64,000 nt of DNA from the human T2T-CHM13v2.0 reference genome, Homo sapiens: NCBI RefSeq assembly GCF_009914755.1, contig NC_060925.1. One strand, 5' to 3'. Below the pieces are notes generated by a model. The model ran no database searches and was not told the DNA's origin. It worked only from the letters and a program-made list of their open reading frames with translations. This document shows, piece after piece, positions 44,301 to 59,500 of this stretch. Position numbers and translations under genes: made by a program. Numbering within the stretch: the first letter of the stretch is position 1; each line of letters opens with the position of its first letter.

Positions 44301-47300
44301 CCGAATGGAATCCTCATTGAATGGAAATGAAAGGGGTCATCATCTAATGGAATCGCATGGAATCATCATCAAATGGAATCGAATGGAATCATCATCAAAT
44401 GGAATCTAACGGAATCATTGAACAGAATTGAATGGAATCGTCATCGAATGAATTGAATGCAATCATCGAATGGTCTCGAATGGAATCATCTTCTAATGGA
44501 AAGGAATGGAATCATCGCATAGAATCGAATGGAATTATCATCGAATGGAATCGAATGGTATCAACACCAAACGGAAAAAAACGGAATTATCGAATGGAAT
44601 CGAAGAGAATCTTCGAACGGACCCGAATGGAATCATCTAATGGAATGGAATGGAATAATCCATGGACTCGAATGCAATCATCATCGAATGGAATGGAATG
44701 GAATCATCGAATGGACTCGAATGGAATAATCATTGAACGGAATCGAATGGAATCATCATCGGATGGAAACGAATGGAATCATCATCGAATGGAAATGAAA
44801 GGAGTCATCATCTAATGGAATTGCATGGAATCATCATAAAATGGAATCGAATGGAATCAACATCAAATGGAATCAAATGGAATCATTGAACGGAATTGAA
44901 TGAAATCGTCATCGAATGAATTGAATGCAATCATCGAATGGTCTCGAATGGAATCATCTTCAAATGGAATGGAATGGAATCATCGCATAGAATCGAATGG
45001 AATTATCATCGAATGGAATCGAATGGAATCAACATCAAACGGAAAAGAAAGTAATTATCGAATGGAATCCAAGAGAATCAACGAATGGACCCGAATGGAA
45101 TCATCTAATGGAATGGAATGGAATAATCCATGGACTCGAATGCAATCATCATCGAATGGAATCGAATGGAATCATCGAATGGACTCGAATGGAATAATCA
45201 TTGAACGGAATCGAATGGAATCATCATCGGATGGAAATGAATGGAATCATCATCGAATGGAATCGAATAGAATTATGGAATGAAATCCAGTGTGATCATC
45301 ATCGAATGGACCCGAATGGAATCATCATCCAACGGAAGCTAATGGAATCAACATCGAATGAATCAAATGGAAACACCATCGAATTGAAACGAATGGAATT
45401 ATCATGAAATTGAAATGGATGGACTCATCATCGAATGGATTCGAATGGAATCATCGAATAAAATTGATTGAAATCATCATCGAATGGAATCGAATGGTAT
45501 CATTGAATGGAATCGAATGGAATCATCATCAGATGGAAATGAATGGAATCGTCATAGAATGGAATCGAATGGATTCATTGAATGGAATCAGATGGAATCA
45601 TCGAATGGACTGGAATGGAATCATTGAATGGACTCGAAAGGGATCATGATTGAATGGAATTGAATGGAATCATCGAATGGTCTCGATTGGAATCATTATC
45701 AAATGGAATCGAATGGAATCACCGAATAGAATCGAATGGAACAATCATCGAATGGACTCAAATGGAATTATCCTCAAATGGAATCGAATGGAATTATCGA
45801 ATGCAATCGAATGGAATTATCGAATGCAATCGAATAGAATCATCGAATGGACTCGAATGGAATCATCGAATGGAATGGAATGGAACAGTCAATGAACTCG
45901 AATGGAATCATCATTGAATGGAATCGAATGGAATCATCGAGTGGAATCGAATGGAATTATGATCAAATGGAATCGAATGTTATCATCATCAAATGGAATC
46001 AAAAATAACCATCATCAATTGGTATTGAATGGAATTGTCATCAAATGGAATTCAAAGGAATCATCATCAAATGGAACCGAATGGAATCCTCATTGAATGG
46101 AAATGAAAGGGGTCATCATCTAATGGAATCGCATGGAATCATCATCAAATGGAATCGAATGGAATCATCATCAAATGGAATCTAATGGAATCATTGAACA
46201 GAATTGAATGGAATCGTCATCGAATGAATTGAATGCAATCATCGAATGGTCTCGAATGGAATCATCTTCTAATGGAAAGGAATGGAATCATCGCATAGAA
46301 TCGAATGGAATTATCATCGAATGGAATCGAATGGTATCAACACCAAACGGAAAAAAACGGAATTATCGAATGGAATCGAAGAGAATCTTCGAACGGACCC
46401 GAATGGAATCATCTAATGGAATGGAATGGAATAATCCATGGACTCGAATGCAATCAAAATCGAATGGAATCGAATGGAATCATCGAATGGACTCGAATGG
46501 AATAATCATTGAACGGAATCGAATGGAATCATCATCGGATGGAAACGAATGGAATCATCATCGAATGGAAATGAAAGGAGTCATCATCTAATGGAATCGC
46601 ATGGAATCATCATAAAATGGAATCGAATGGAATCAACATCAAATGGAATCAAATGGAATCATTGAACGGAATTGAATGGAATCGTCATCGAATGAATTGA
46701 CTGCAATCATCCAATGGTCTCGAATGGAATCATCTTCAAATGGAATGGAATGGAATCATCGCATAGAATCGAATGGAATTATCATCGAATGGAATCGAAT
46801 GGAATCAACATCAAACGGAAAAAAACGGAATTATCGAATGGAATCGAAGAGAATCATCGAATGGACCCGAATGGAATCATCTAATGGAATGGAATGGAAT
46901 AATCCATGGACTCGAATGCAATCATCATCGAATGGAATCAAATGGAATCATCGAATGGACTCGAATGGAATAATCATTGAACGGAATCGAATGGAATCGT
47001 CATCGGATGGAAATGAATGGAATCATCATCGAATGGAATCGAATAGAATTATGGAATGAAATCCAGTGTGATCATCATCGAATGGACCCGAATGGAATCA
47101 TCATCCAACGGAAGCTAATGGAATCAACATCGAATTAATCAAATGGAAACACCATCGAATTGAAACGAATGGAATTATCATGAAATTGAAATGGATGGAC
47201 TCATCATCGAATGGATTCGAATGGAATCATCGAATAAAATTGATTGAAATCATCATCCAATGGAATCGAATGGTATCATTGAATGGAATCGAATGGAATC

Positions 47301-50300
47301 ATCATCAGATGGAAATGAATGGAATCGTCATAGAATGGAATCGAATGGATTCATTGAATGGAATCAGATGGACTCATCGAATGGACTGGAATGGAATCAT
47401 TGAATGGACTCGAAAGGGATCATTATTGAATGGAATTGAATGGAATCATCGAATGGTCTCGATTGGAATCATTATCAAATGGAATCGAATGGAATCACCG
47501 AATAGAATCGAATGGAACAATCATCGAATGGACTCAAATGGAATTATCCTCAAATGGAATCGAATGGAATTATCGAATGCAATCGAATGGAATTATCGAA
47601 TGCAATCGAATATAATGATCGAATGGACTCGAATGGAATCATCGAATGGAATGGAATGGAACAGTCAATGAACTCGAATGGAATCATCATTGAATGGAAT
47701 CGAATGGAATCATCGAGTGGAATCGAATGGAATTATGATCAAATTGCAATCGAATGTAATCCTCATCAAATGGAATCAAAAATAACCATCATCAATTGGT
47801 ATTGAATGGAATTGTCATCAAATGGAATTCAAAGGAATCATCATCAAATGGAACCGAATGGAATCCTCATTGAATGAAAATGAAAGGGGTCATCATCTAA
47901 TGGAATCGCATGGAATCATCATCAAATGGAATCGAATGGAATCATCATCAAATGGAATCTAATGGAATCATTGAACAGAATTGAATGGAATCGTCATCGA
48001 ATGAATTGAATGCAATCATCGAATGGTCTCGAATGGAATCATCTTCTAATGGAAAGGAATGGAATCATCGCATAGAATCGAATGGAATTATCATCGAATG
48101 GAATCGAATGGTATCAACACCAAACGGAAAAAAACGGAATTATCGAATGGAATCGAAGAGAATCTTCGAACGGACCCGAATGGAATCATCTAATGGAATG
48201 GAATGGAATAATCCATGGACTCGAATGCAATCATCATCGAATGGAATCGAATGGAATCATCGAATGGACTCGAATGGAATAATCATTGAACGGAATCGAA
48301 TGGAATCATCATCGGATGGAAACGAATGGAATCATCATCGAATGGAAATGAAAGGAGTCATCATCTAATGGAATTGCATGGAATCATCATCAAATGGAAT
48401 CGAATGGAATCAACATCAAATGGAATCAAATGGAATCATTGAACGGAATTGAATGGAATCGTCATCGAATGAATTGACTGCAATCATCGAATGGTCTCGA
48501 ATGGAATCAACTTCAAATGGAATGGAATGGAATCATCGCATAGAATCGAATGGAATTATCATCGAATGGAATCGAATGGAATCAACATCAAACGGAAAAA
48601 AACGGAATTATCGAATGGAATCGAAGAGAATCATCGAATGGACCCGAATGGAATCATCTAATGGAATGGAATGGAATAATCCATGGACTCGAATGCAATC
48701 ATCATTGAATGGAATCGAATGGAATCATCGAATGGACTCGAATGGAATAATCATTGAACGGAATCGAATGGAATCATCATCGGATGGAAATGAATGGAAT
48801 CATCATCGAATGGAATCGAATAGAATTATGGAATGAAATCCAGTGTGATCATCATCGAATGGACCCGAATGGAATCATCATCCAACGGAAGCTAATGGAA
48901 TCAACATCGAATGAATCGAATGGAAACACCATCGAATTGAAACGAATGGAATTATCATGAAATTGAAATGGATGGACTCATCATCGAATGGATTCGAATG
49001 GAATCATCGAATAAAATTGATTGAAATCATCATCGAATGGAATCGAATGGTATCATTGAATGGAATCGAATGGAATCATCATCAGATGGAAATGAATGGA
49101 ATCGTCATAGAATGGAATCGAATGGATTCATTGAATGGAATCAGATGGAATCATCGAATGGACTGGAATGGAATCATTGAATGGACTCGAAAGGGATCAT
49201 TATTGAATGGAATTGAATGGAATCATCGAATGGTCTCGATTGGAATCATTATCAAATGGAATGGAATGGAATCACCGAATAGAATCGAATGGAACAATCA
49301 TCGAATGGACTCAAATGGAATTATCCTCCAATGGAATCGAATGGAATTATCGAATGCAATCGAATGGAATTATCGAATGCAATCGAATAGAATCATCGAA
49401 TGGACTCGAATGGAATCATCGAATGGAATGGAATGGAACAGTCAATGAACTCGAATGGAATCATCATTGAATGGAATCGAATGGAATGATCGAGTGGAAT
49501 CGAAAGAAATTATGATCAAATGGTGGCGAACGTAATCATCATCAAATGGAATCAAAAATAACCATCATCAATTGGTATTGAATGGAATTGTCATCAAATG
49601 GAATTCAAAGGAATCATCATCAAATGGAACCGAATGGAATCCTCATTGAATGGAAATGAAAGGGGTCATCATCTAATGGAATCGCATGGAATCATCATCA
49701 AATGGAATCGAATGGAATCATCATCAAATGGAATCTAATGGAATCATTGAACAGAATTGAATGGAATCGTCATCGAATGAATTGAATGCAATCATCGAAT
49801 GGTCTCGAATGGAATCATCTTCTAATGGAAAGGAATGGAATATTCGCATAGAATCGAATGGAATTATCATCGAATGGAATCGAATGGTATCAACACCAAA
49901 CGGAAAAAAACGGAATTATCGAATGGAATCGAAGAGAATCTTCGAACGGACCCGAATGGAATCATCTAATGGAATGGAATGGAATAATCCATGGACTCGA
50001 ATGCAATCATCATCGAATGGAATGGAATGGAATCATCGAATGGACTCGAATGGAATAATCATTGAACGGAATCGAATGGAATCATCATCGGATGGAAACG
50101 AATGGAATCATCATCGAATGGAAATGAAAGGAGTCATCATCTAATGGAATTGCATGGAATCATCATAAAATGGAATCGAATGGAATCAACATCAAATGGA
50201 ATCAAATGGAATCATTGAACGGAATTGAATGGAATCGTCATCGAATGAATTGACTGCAATCATCGAATGGTCTCGAATGGAATCATCTTCAAATGGAATG

Positions 50301-53300
50301 GAATGGAATCATCGCATAGAATCGAATGGAATTATCATCGAATGGAATCGAATGGAATCAACATCAAACGGAAAAAAACGGAATTATCGAATGGAATCGA
50401 AGAGAATCATCGAATGGACCCGAATGGAATCATCTAATGGAATGGAATGGAATAATCCATGGACTCGAATGCAATCATCATCGAATGGAATCGAATGGAA
50501 TCATCGAATGGACTCGAATGGAATAATCATTGAACGGAATCGAATGGAATCATCATCGGATGGAAATGAATGGAATCATCATCGAATGGAATCGAATAGA
50601 ATTATGGAATGAAATCCAGTGTGATCATCATCGAATGGACCCGAATGGAATCATCATCCAACGGAAGCTAATGGAATCAACATCGAATGAATCGAATGGA
50701 AACACCATCGAATTGAAACGAATGGAATTATCATGAAATTGAAATGGATGGACTCATCATCGAATGGATTCGAATGGAATCATCGAATAAAATTGATTGA
50801 AATCATCATCCAATGGAATCGAATGGTATCATTGAATGGAATCGAATGGAATCATCATCAGATGGAAATGAATGGAATCGTCATAGAATGGAATCGAATG
50901 GATTCATTGAATGGAATCAGATGGAATCATCGAATGGACTGGAATGGAATCATTGAATGGACTCGAAAGGGATCATGATTGAATGGAATTGAATGGAATC
51001 ATCGAATGGTCTCGATTGGAATCATTATCAAATGGAATGGAATGGAATCACCGAATAGAATCGAATGGAACAATCATCGAATGGACTCAAATGGAATTAT
51101 CCTCAAATGGAATCGAATGGAATTATCGAATGCAATCGAATGGAATTATCGAATGCAATCGAATAGAATCATCGAATGGACTCGAATGGAATCATCGAAT
51201 GGAATGGAATGGAACAGTCAATGAACTCGAATGGAATCATCATTGAATGGAATCGAATGGAATCATCGAGTGGAATCGAATGGAATTATGATCAAATGGA
51301 ATCGAATGTAATCCTCATCAAATGGAATCAAAAATAACCATCATCAATTGGTATTGAATGGAATTGTCATCAAATGGAATTCAAAGGAATCATCATCAAA
51401 TGGAACCGAATGGAATCCTCATTGAATGGAAATGAAAGGGGTCATCATCTAATGGAATCGCATGGAATCATCATCAAATGGAATCGAATGGAATCATCAT
51501 CAAATGGAATCTAATGGAATCATTGAACAGAATTGAATGGAATCGTCATCGAATGAATTGAATGCAATCATCGAATGGTCTCGAATGGAATCATCTTCTA
51601 ATGGAAAGGAATGGAATCATCGCATAGAATCGAATGGAATTATCATCGAATGGAATCGAATGGAATCAACATCAAACGGAAAAAAACGGAATTATCGAAT
51701 GGAATCGAAGAGAATCATCGAATGGACCCGAATGGAATCATCTAATGGAATGGAATGGAATAATCCATGGACTCGAATGCAATCATCATCGAATGGAATC
51801 GAATGGAATCATCGAATGGACTCGAATGGAATAATCATTGAACGGAATCGAATGGAATCATCATCGGATGGAAATGAATGGAATCATCATCGAATGGAAT
51901 CGAATAGAATTATGGAATGAAATCCAGTGTGATCATCATCGAATGGACCCGAATGGAATCATCATCCAACGGAAGCTAATGGAATCAACATCGAATGAAT
52001 CGAATGGAAACACCATCGAATTGAAACGAATGGAATTATCATGAAATTGAAATGGATGGACTCATCATCGAATGGATTCGAATGGAATCATCGAATAAAA
52101 TTGATTGAAATCATCATCCAATGGAATCGAATGGTATCATTGAATGGAATCGAATGGAATCATCATCAGATGGAAATGAATGGAATCGTCATAGAATGGA
52201 ATCGAATGGATTCATTGAATGGAATCAGATGGAATCATCGAATGGACTGGAATGGAATCATTGAATGGACTCGAAAGGGATCATTATTGAATGGAATTGA
52301 ATGGAATCATCGAATGGTCTCGATTGGAATCATTATCAAATGGAATCGAATGGAATCACCGAATAGAATCGAATGGAACAATCATCGAATGGACTCAAAT
52401 GGAATTATCCTCCAATGGAATCGAATGGAATTATCGAATGCAATCGAATGGAATTATCGAATGCAATCGAATAGAATCATCGAATGGACTCGAATGGAAT
52501 CATCGAATGGAATGGAATGGAACAGTCAATGAACTCGAATGGAATCATCATTGAATGGAATCGAATGGAATCATCGAGTGGAATCGAATGGAATTATGAT
52601 CAAATGGAATCGAATGTAATCCTCATCAAATGGAATCAAAAATAACCATCATCAATTGGTATTGAATGGAATTGTCATCAAATGGAATTCAAAGGAATCA
52701 TCATCAAATGGAACCGAATGGAATCCTCATTGAATGGAAATGAAAGGGGTCATCATCTAATGGAATCGCATGGAATCATCATCAAATGGAATCGAATGGA
52801 ATCATCATCAAATGGAATCTAATGGAATCATTGAACAGAATTGAATGGAATCGTCATCGAATGAATTGAATGCAATCATCGAATGGTCTCGAATGGAATC
52901 ATCTTCTAATGGAAAGGAATGGAATCATCGCATAGAATCGAATGGAATTATCATCGAATGGAATCGAATGGTATCAACACCAAACGGAAAAAAACGGAAT
53001 TATCGAATGGAATCGAAGAGAATCTTCGAACGGACCCGAATGGAATCATCTAATGGAATGGAATGGAATAATCCATGGACTCGAATGCAATCATCATCGA
53101 ATGGAATCGAATGGAATCATCGAATGGACTCGAATGGAATAATCATTGAACGGAATCGAATGGAATCATCATCGGATGGAAACGAATGGAATCATCATCG
53201 AATGGAAATGAAAGGAGTCATCATCTAATGGAATTGCATGGAATCATCATAAAATGGAATCGAATGGAATCAACATCAAATGGAATCAAATGGAATCATT

Positions 53301-53312
53301 GAACGGAATTGA
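41348..53312 (+). repeat. Second domain of mostly 1776-bp units, more diverged, with one 1308-bp unit
   Basis: Starts at 41348, 43124, 44900, 46676, 48453, 50229, 51537 (1308-bp step) and 53313. Many private substitutions; local markers gtaatcctcatc and aaatggaatggaatggaatcacc. Confidence 0.85.
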
Positions 53313-53523
53313 ATGGAATCGTCATCGAATGAATTGACTGCAATCATCGAATGGTCTCGAATGGAATCATCTTCAAATGGAATGGAATGGAATCATCGCA
53401 TAGAATCGAATGGAATTATCATCGAATGGAATCGAATGGAATCAACATCAAACGGAAAAAAACGGAATTATCGAATGGAATCGAAGAGAATCATCGAATG
53501 GACCCGAATGGAATCATCTAATG

Positions 53524-56500
53524 GAATGGAATGGAATAATCCATGGACTCGAATGCAATCATCATCGAATGGAATCGAATGGAATCATCGAATGGACTCG
53601 AATGGAATAATCATTGAACGGAATCGAATGGAATCATCATCGGATGGAAATGAATGGAATCATCATCGAATGGAATCGAATAGAATTATGGAATGAAATC
53701 CAGTGTGATCATCATCGAATGGACCCGAATGGAATCATCATCCAACGGAAGCTAATGGAATCAACATCGAATGAATCGAATGGAAACACCATCGAATTGA
53801 AACGAATGGAATTATCATGAAATTGAAATGGATGGACTCATCATCGAATGGATTCGAATGGAATCATCGAATAAAATTGATTGAAATCATCATCGAATGG
53901 TATCGAATGGTATCATTGAATGGAATCGAATGGAATCATCATCAGATGGAAATGAATGGAATCGTCATAGAATGGAATCGAATGGATTCATTGAATGGAA
54001 TCAGATGGAATCATCGAATGGACTGGAATGGAATCATTGAATGGACTCGAAAGGGATCATTATTGAATGGAATTGAATGGAATCATTGAATGGTCTCGAT
54101 TGGAATCATTATCAAATGGAATCGAATGGAATCACCGAATAGAATCGAATGGAACAATCATCGAATGGACTCAAATGGAATTATCCTCAAATGGAATCGA
54201 ATGGAATTATCGAATGCAATCGAATGGAATTATCGAATGCAATCGAATAGAATCATCGAATGGACTCGAATGGAATCATCGAATGGAATGGAATGGAACA
54301 GTCAATGAACTCGAATGGAATCATCATTGAATGGAATCGAATGGAATCATCGAGTGGAATCGAATGGAATTATGATCAAATGGAATCGAATGTAATCATC
54401 ATCAAATGGAATCAAAAATAACCATCATCAAATGGAATCAAAAATAACCATCATCAATTGGTATTGAATGGAATTCTCATCAAATGGAATTCAAAGGAAT
54501 CATCATCAAATGGAACCGAATGGAATCCTCATTGAATGGAAATGAAAGGGGTCATCATCTAATGGAATCGCATGGAATCATCACCAAATGGAATCGAATG
54601 GAATCAACATCAAATGGAATCAAATGGAATCATTGAACAGAATTGAATGGAATCGTCATCGAATGAATTGAATGCAATCATCGAATGGTCTCGAATGGAA
54701 TCATCTTCAAATGGAATGGAATGGAATCATCGCATAGAATCGAATGGAATTTTCATCGAATGGAATCGAATGGAATCAACATCAAACGGAAAAAAACGGA
54801 ATTATCGAATGGAATCGAAGAGAATCACCGAATGGACCCGAATGGAATCATCTAATGGAATGGAATGGAATAATCCATGGACTCGAATGCAATCATCATC
54901 GAATGGAATCGAATGGAATCATCGAATGGACTCGAATGGAATAATCATTGAACGGAATCGAATGGAATCATCATCGGATGGAAATGAATGGAATCATCAT
55001 CGAATGGAATCGAATAGAATTATGGAATGAAATCCAGTGTGATCATCATCGAATGGACCCGAATGGAATCATCATCCAACGGAAGCTAATGGAATCAACA
55101 TCGAATGAATCAAATGGAAACACCATCGAATTGAAACGAATGGAATTACCATGAAATTGAAATGGATGGACTCATCCTCAAATGGATTCGAGTGGAATCA
55201 TCGAATAAAATTGATTGAAATCATCATCGAATGGAATCGAATGGTATCATTGAATGGAATCGAATGGAATCATCATCAGATGGAAATGAAAGGAATCGTC
55301 ATAGAATGGAATCGAATGGATTCATTGAATGGAATCAGATGGAATCATTGAATGGACTGGAATGGAATCATTGAATGGACTCGAAAGGGATCATTATTGA
55401 ATGGAATTGAATGGAATCATCGAATGGTCTCGATTGGAATCATTATCAAATGGAATCGAATGGAATCACCGAATATAATCGAATGGAACAATCATCGAAT
55501 GGACTCAAATGGAATTATCCTCTAATGGAATTGAATGGAATTATCGAATGCAATCGAATGGAATTATCGAATGCAATCGAATAGAATCATCGAATGGACT
55601 CGAATGGAATCATCGAATGGAATGGAATGGAACAGTCAATGAACTCGAATGGAATCATCATTGAATGGAATCGAATGGAATCATCGAGTGGAATCGAATG
55701 TAATCATCATCAAATGGAATCAAAAATAACCATCATCAAATGGAATCAAAAATAACCATCATCAATTGGTATTGAATGGAATTCTCATCAAATGGAATTC
55801 AAAGGAATCATCATCAAATGGAACCGAATGGAATCCTCATTGAATGGAAATGAAAGGGGTCATCATCTAATGGAATCGCAAGGAATCATCATAAAATGGA
55901 ATCGAATGGAATCAACATCAAATGGAATCAAATGGAATCATTGAACGGAATTGAATGGAATCGTCATCGAATGAATTGAAAGCAATCATCGAATGGTCTC
56001 GAATGGAATCATCTTCAAATGGAATGGAATGGAATCATCGCATAGAATCGAAAGGAATTATCATCGAATGGAATCGAATGGAATCAACACCAAACGGAAA
56101 AAAACGGAATTATCGAATGGAATCGAAGAGAATCATCGAATGGACCCGAATGGAATCATCTAATGGAATGGAATGGAATAATCCATGGACTCGAATGCAA
56201 TCATCATCGAATGGAATCGAATGGAATCATCCAATGGACTCGAATGGAATAATCATTGAACGGAATCGAATGGAATCATCATCGGATGGAAATGAATGGA
56301 ATCATCATCGAATGGAATCGAATAGAATTATGGAATGAAATCCAGTGTGATCATCATCGAATGGACCCGAATGGAATCATCATCCAACGGATGCTAATGG
56401 AATCAACATCGAATGAATTAAATGGAAACACCATCGAATTGAAACGAATGGAATTACCATGAAATTGAAATGGATGGACTCATCATCGAATGGATTCGAA

Positions 56501-59500
56501 AGGAATCATCGAATAAAATTGATTGAAATCATCATCGAATGGAATCGAATGGTATCATTGAATGGAATCGAATGGAATCATCATCAGATGGAAATGAATG
56601 GAATCGTCATAGAATGGAATCGAATGGATTCATTGAATGGAATCAGATGGAATCATCGAATGGACTGGAATGGAATCATTGAATGGACTCGAAAGAGATC
56701 ATGATTGAATGGAATTGAATAGAATCATCGAATGGTCTCGATTGGAATCATTATCAAATGGAATCGAATGGAATCACCGAATAGAATCGAATGGAACAAT
56801 CATCGAATGGACTCAAATGGAATTATCCTCCAATGGAATCGAATGGAATTATCGAATGCAATCGAATGGAATTATCGAATGCAATCGAATAGAATCATCG
56901 AATGGACTCGAATGGAATCATCGAATGGAATGGAATGGAACAGTCAATGAACTCGAATGGAATCATCATTGAATGGAATCATCGAGTGGAATCGAAAGGA
57001 ATTATGATCAAATGGAATCGAACGTAATCATCATCAAATGGAATCAAAAATAACCATCATCAATTGGTATTGAATGGAATTGTCATCAAATGGAATTCAA
57101 AGGAATCATCATCAAATGGAACCGAATGGAATCCTCATTGAATGGAAATGAAAGGGGTCATCATCTAATGGAATCGCATGGAATCATCATCAAATGGAAT
57201 CGAATGGAATCATCATCAAATGGAATCTAATGGAATCATTGAAAAGAATTGAAGGGAGTCGTCATCAAATGAATTGAATGCAATCATCGAATGGTCTCGA
57301 ATGGAATCATCTTCTAATGGAAAGGACTGGAATCATCGCATAGAATCGAATGGAATTATCATCGAATGGAATCGAATGGTATCAACACCAAACGGAAAAA
57401 AACGGAATTATCGAATGGAATCGAAGAGAATCTTCGAACGGACCCGAATGGAATCATCTAATGGAATGGAATGGAATAATCCATGGACTCGAATGCAATC
57501 ATCATCGAATGGAATCGAATGGAATCATCGAATGGACTCGAATGGAATAATCATTGAACGGAATCGAATGGAATCATCATCGGATGGAAACGAATGGAAT
57601 CATCATCGAATGGAAATGTAAGGAGTCATCATCTAATGGAATTGCATGGAATCATCATAAAATGGAATCGAATGGAATCAACATCAAATGGAATCAAATG
57701 GAATCATTGAACGGAATTGAATGGAATCGTCATCGAATGAATTGAATGCAATCATCGAATGGTCTCGAATGGAATCATCTTCAAATGGAATGGAATGGAA
57801 TCATCGCATAGAATCGAATGGAATTATCATCGAATGGAATCGAATGGAATCAACATCAAACAGAAAAAAACGGAATTATCGAATGGAATCGAAGAGAATC
57901 ATCGAATGGACCCGAATGGAATCATCTAATAGAATGGAATGGAATAATCCATGGACTCGAATGCAATCATCATCGAATGGAATCGAATGGAATCATCGAA
58001 TGGACTCGAATGGAATAATCATTGAACGGAATCGAATGGAATCATCATCGGATGGAAATGAATGGAATCATCATCGAATGGAATCGAATAGAATTATGGA
58101 ATGAAATCCAGTGTGATCATCATCGAATGGACCCGAATGGAATCATCATCCAACGGAAGCTAATGGAATCAACATCGAATGAATCGAATGGAAACACCAT
58201 CGAATTGAAACGAATGGAATTATCATGAAATTGAAATGGATGGACTCATCATCGAATGGATTCGAATGGAATCATCGAATAAAATTGATTGAAATCATCA
58301 TCGAATGGTATCGAATGGTATCATTGAATGGAATCGAATGGAATCATCATCAGATGGAAATGAATGGAATCGTCATAGAATGGAATCGAATGGATTCATT
58401 GAATGGAATCAGATGGAATCATCGAATGGACTGGAATGGAATCATTGAATGGACTCGAAAGGGATCATTATTGAATGGAATTGAATGGAATCATTGAATG
58501 GTCTCGATTGGAATCATTATCAAATGGAATCGAATGGAATCACCGAATAGAATCGAATGGAACAATCATCGAATGGACTCAAATGGAATTATCCTCAAAT
58601 GGAATCGAATGGAATTATCGAATGCAATCGAATGGAATTATCGAATGCAATCGAATAGAATCATCGAATGGACTCGAATGGAATCATCGAATGGAATGGA
58701 ATGGAACAGTCAATGAACTCGAATGGAATCATCATTGAATGGAATCGAATGGAATCATCGAGTGGAATCGAATGGAATTATGATCAAATGGAATCGAATG
58801 TAATCATCATCAAATGGAATCAAAAATAACCATCATCAAATGGAATCAAAAATAACCATCATCAATTGGTATTGAATGGAATTCTCATCAAATGGAATTC
58901 AAAGGAATCATCATCAAATGGAACCGAATGGAATCCTCATTGAATGGAAATGAAAGGGGTCATCATCTAATGGAATCGCATGGAATCATCATCAAATGGA
59001 ATCGAATGGAATCAACATCAAATGGAATCAAATGGAATCATTGAACAGAATTGAATGGAATCGTCATCGAATGAATTGAATGCAATCATCGAATGGTCTC
59101 GAATGGAATCATCTTCAAATGGAATGGAATGGAATCATCGCATAGAATCGAATGGAATTTTCATCGAATGGAATCGAATGGAATCAACATCAAACGGAAA
59201 AAAACGGAATTATCGAATGGAATCGAAGAGAATCACCGAATGGACCCGAATGGAATCATCTAATGGAATGGAATGGAATAATCCATGGACTCGAATGCAA
59301 TCATCATCGAATGGAATCGAATGGAATCATCGAATGGACTCGAATGGAATAATCATTGAACGGAATCGAATGGAATCATCATCGGATGGAAATGAATGGA
59401 ATCATCATCGAATGGAATCGAATAGAATTATGGAATGAAATCCAGTGTGATCATCATCGAATGGACCCGAATGGAATCATCATCCAACGGAAGCTAATGG

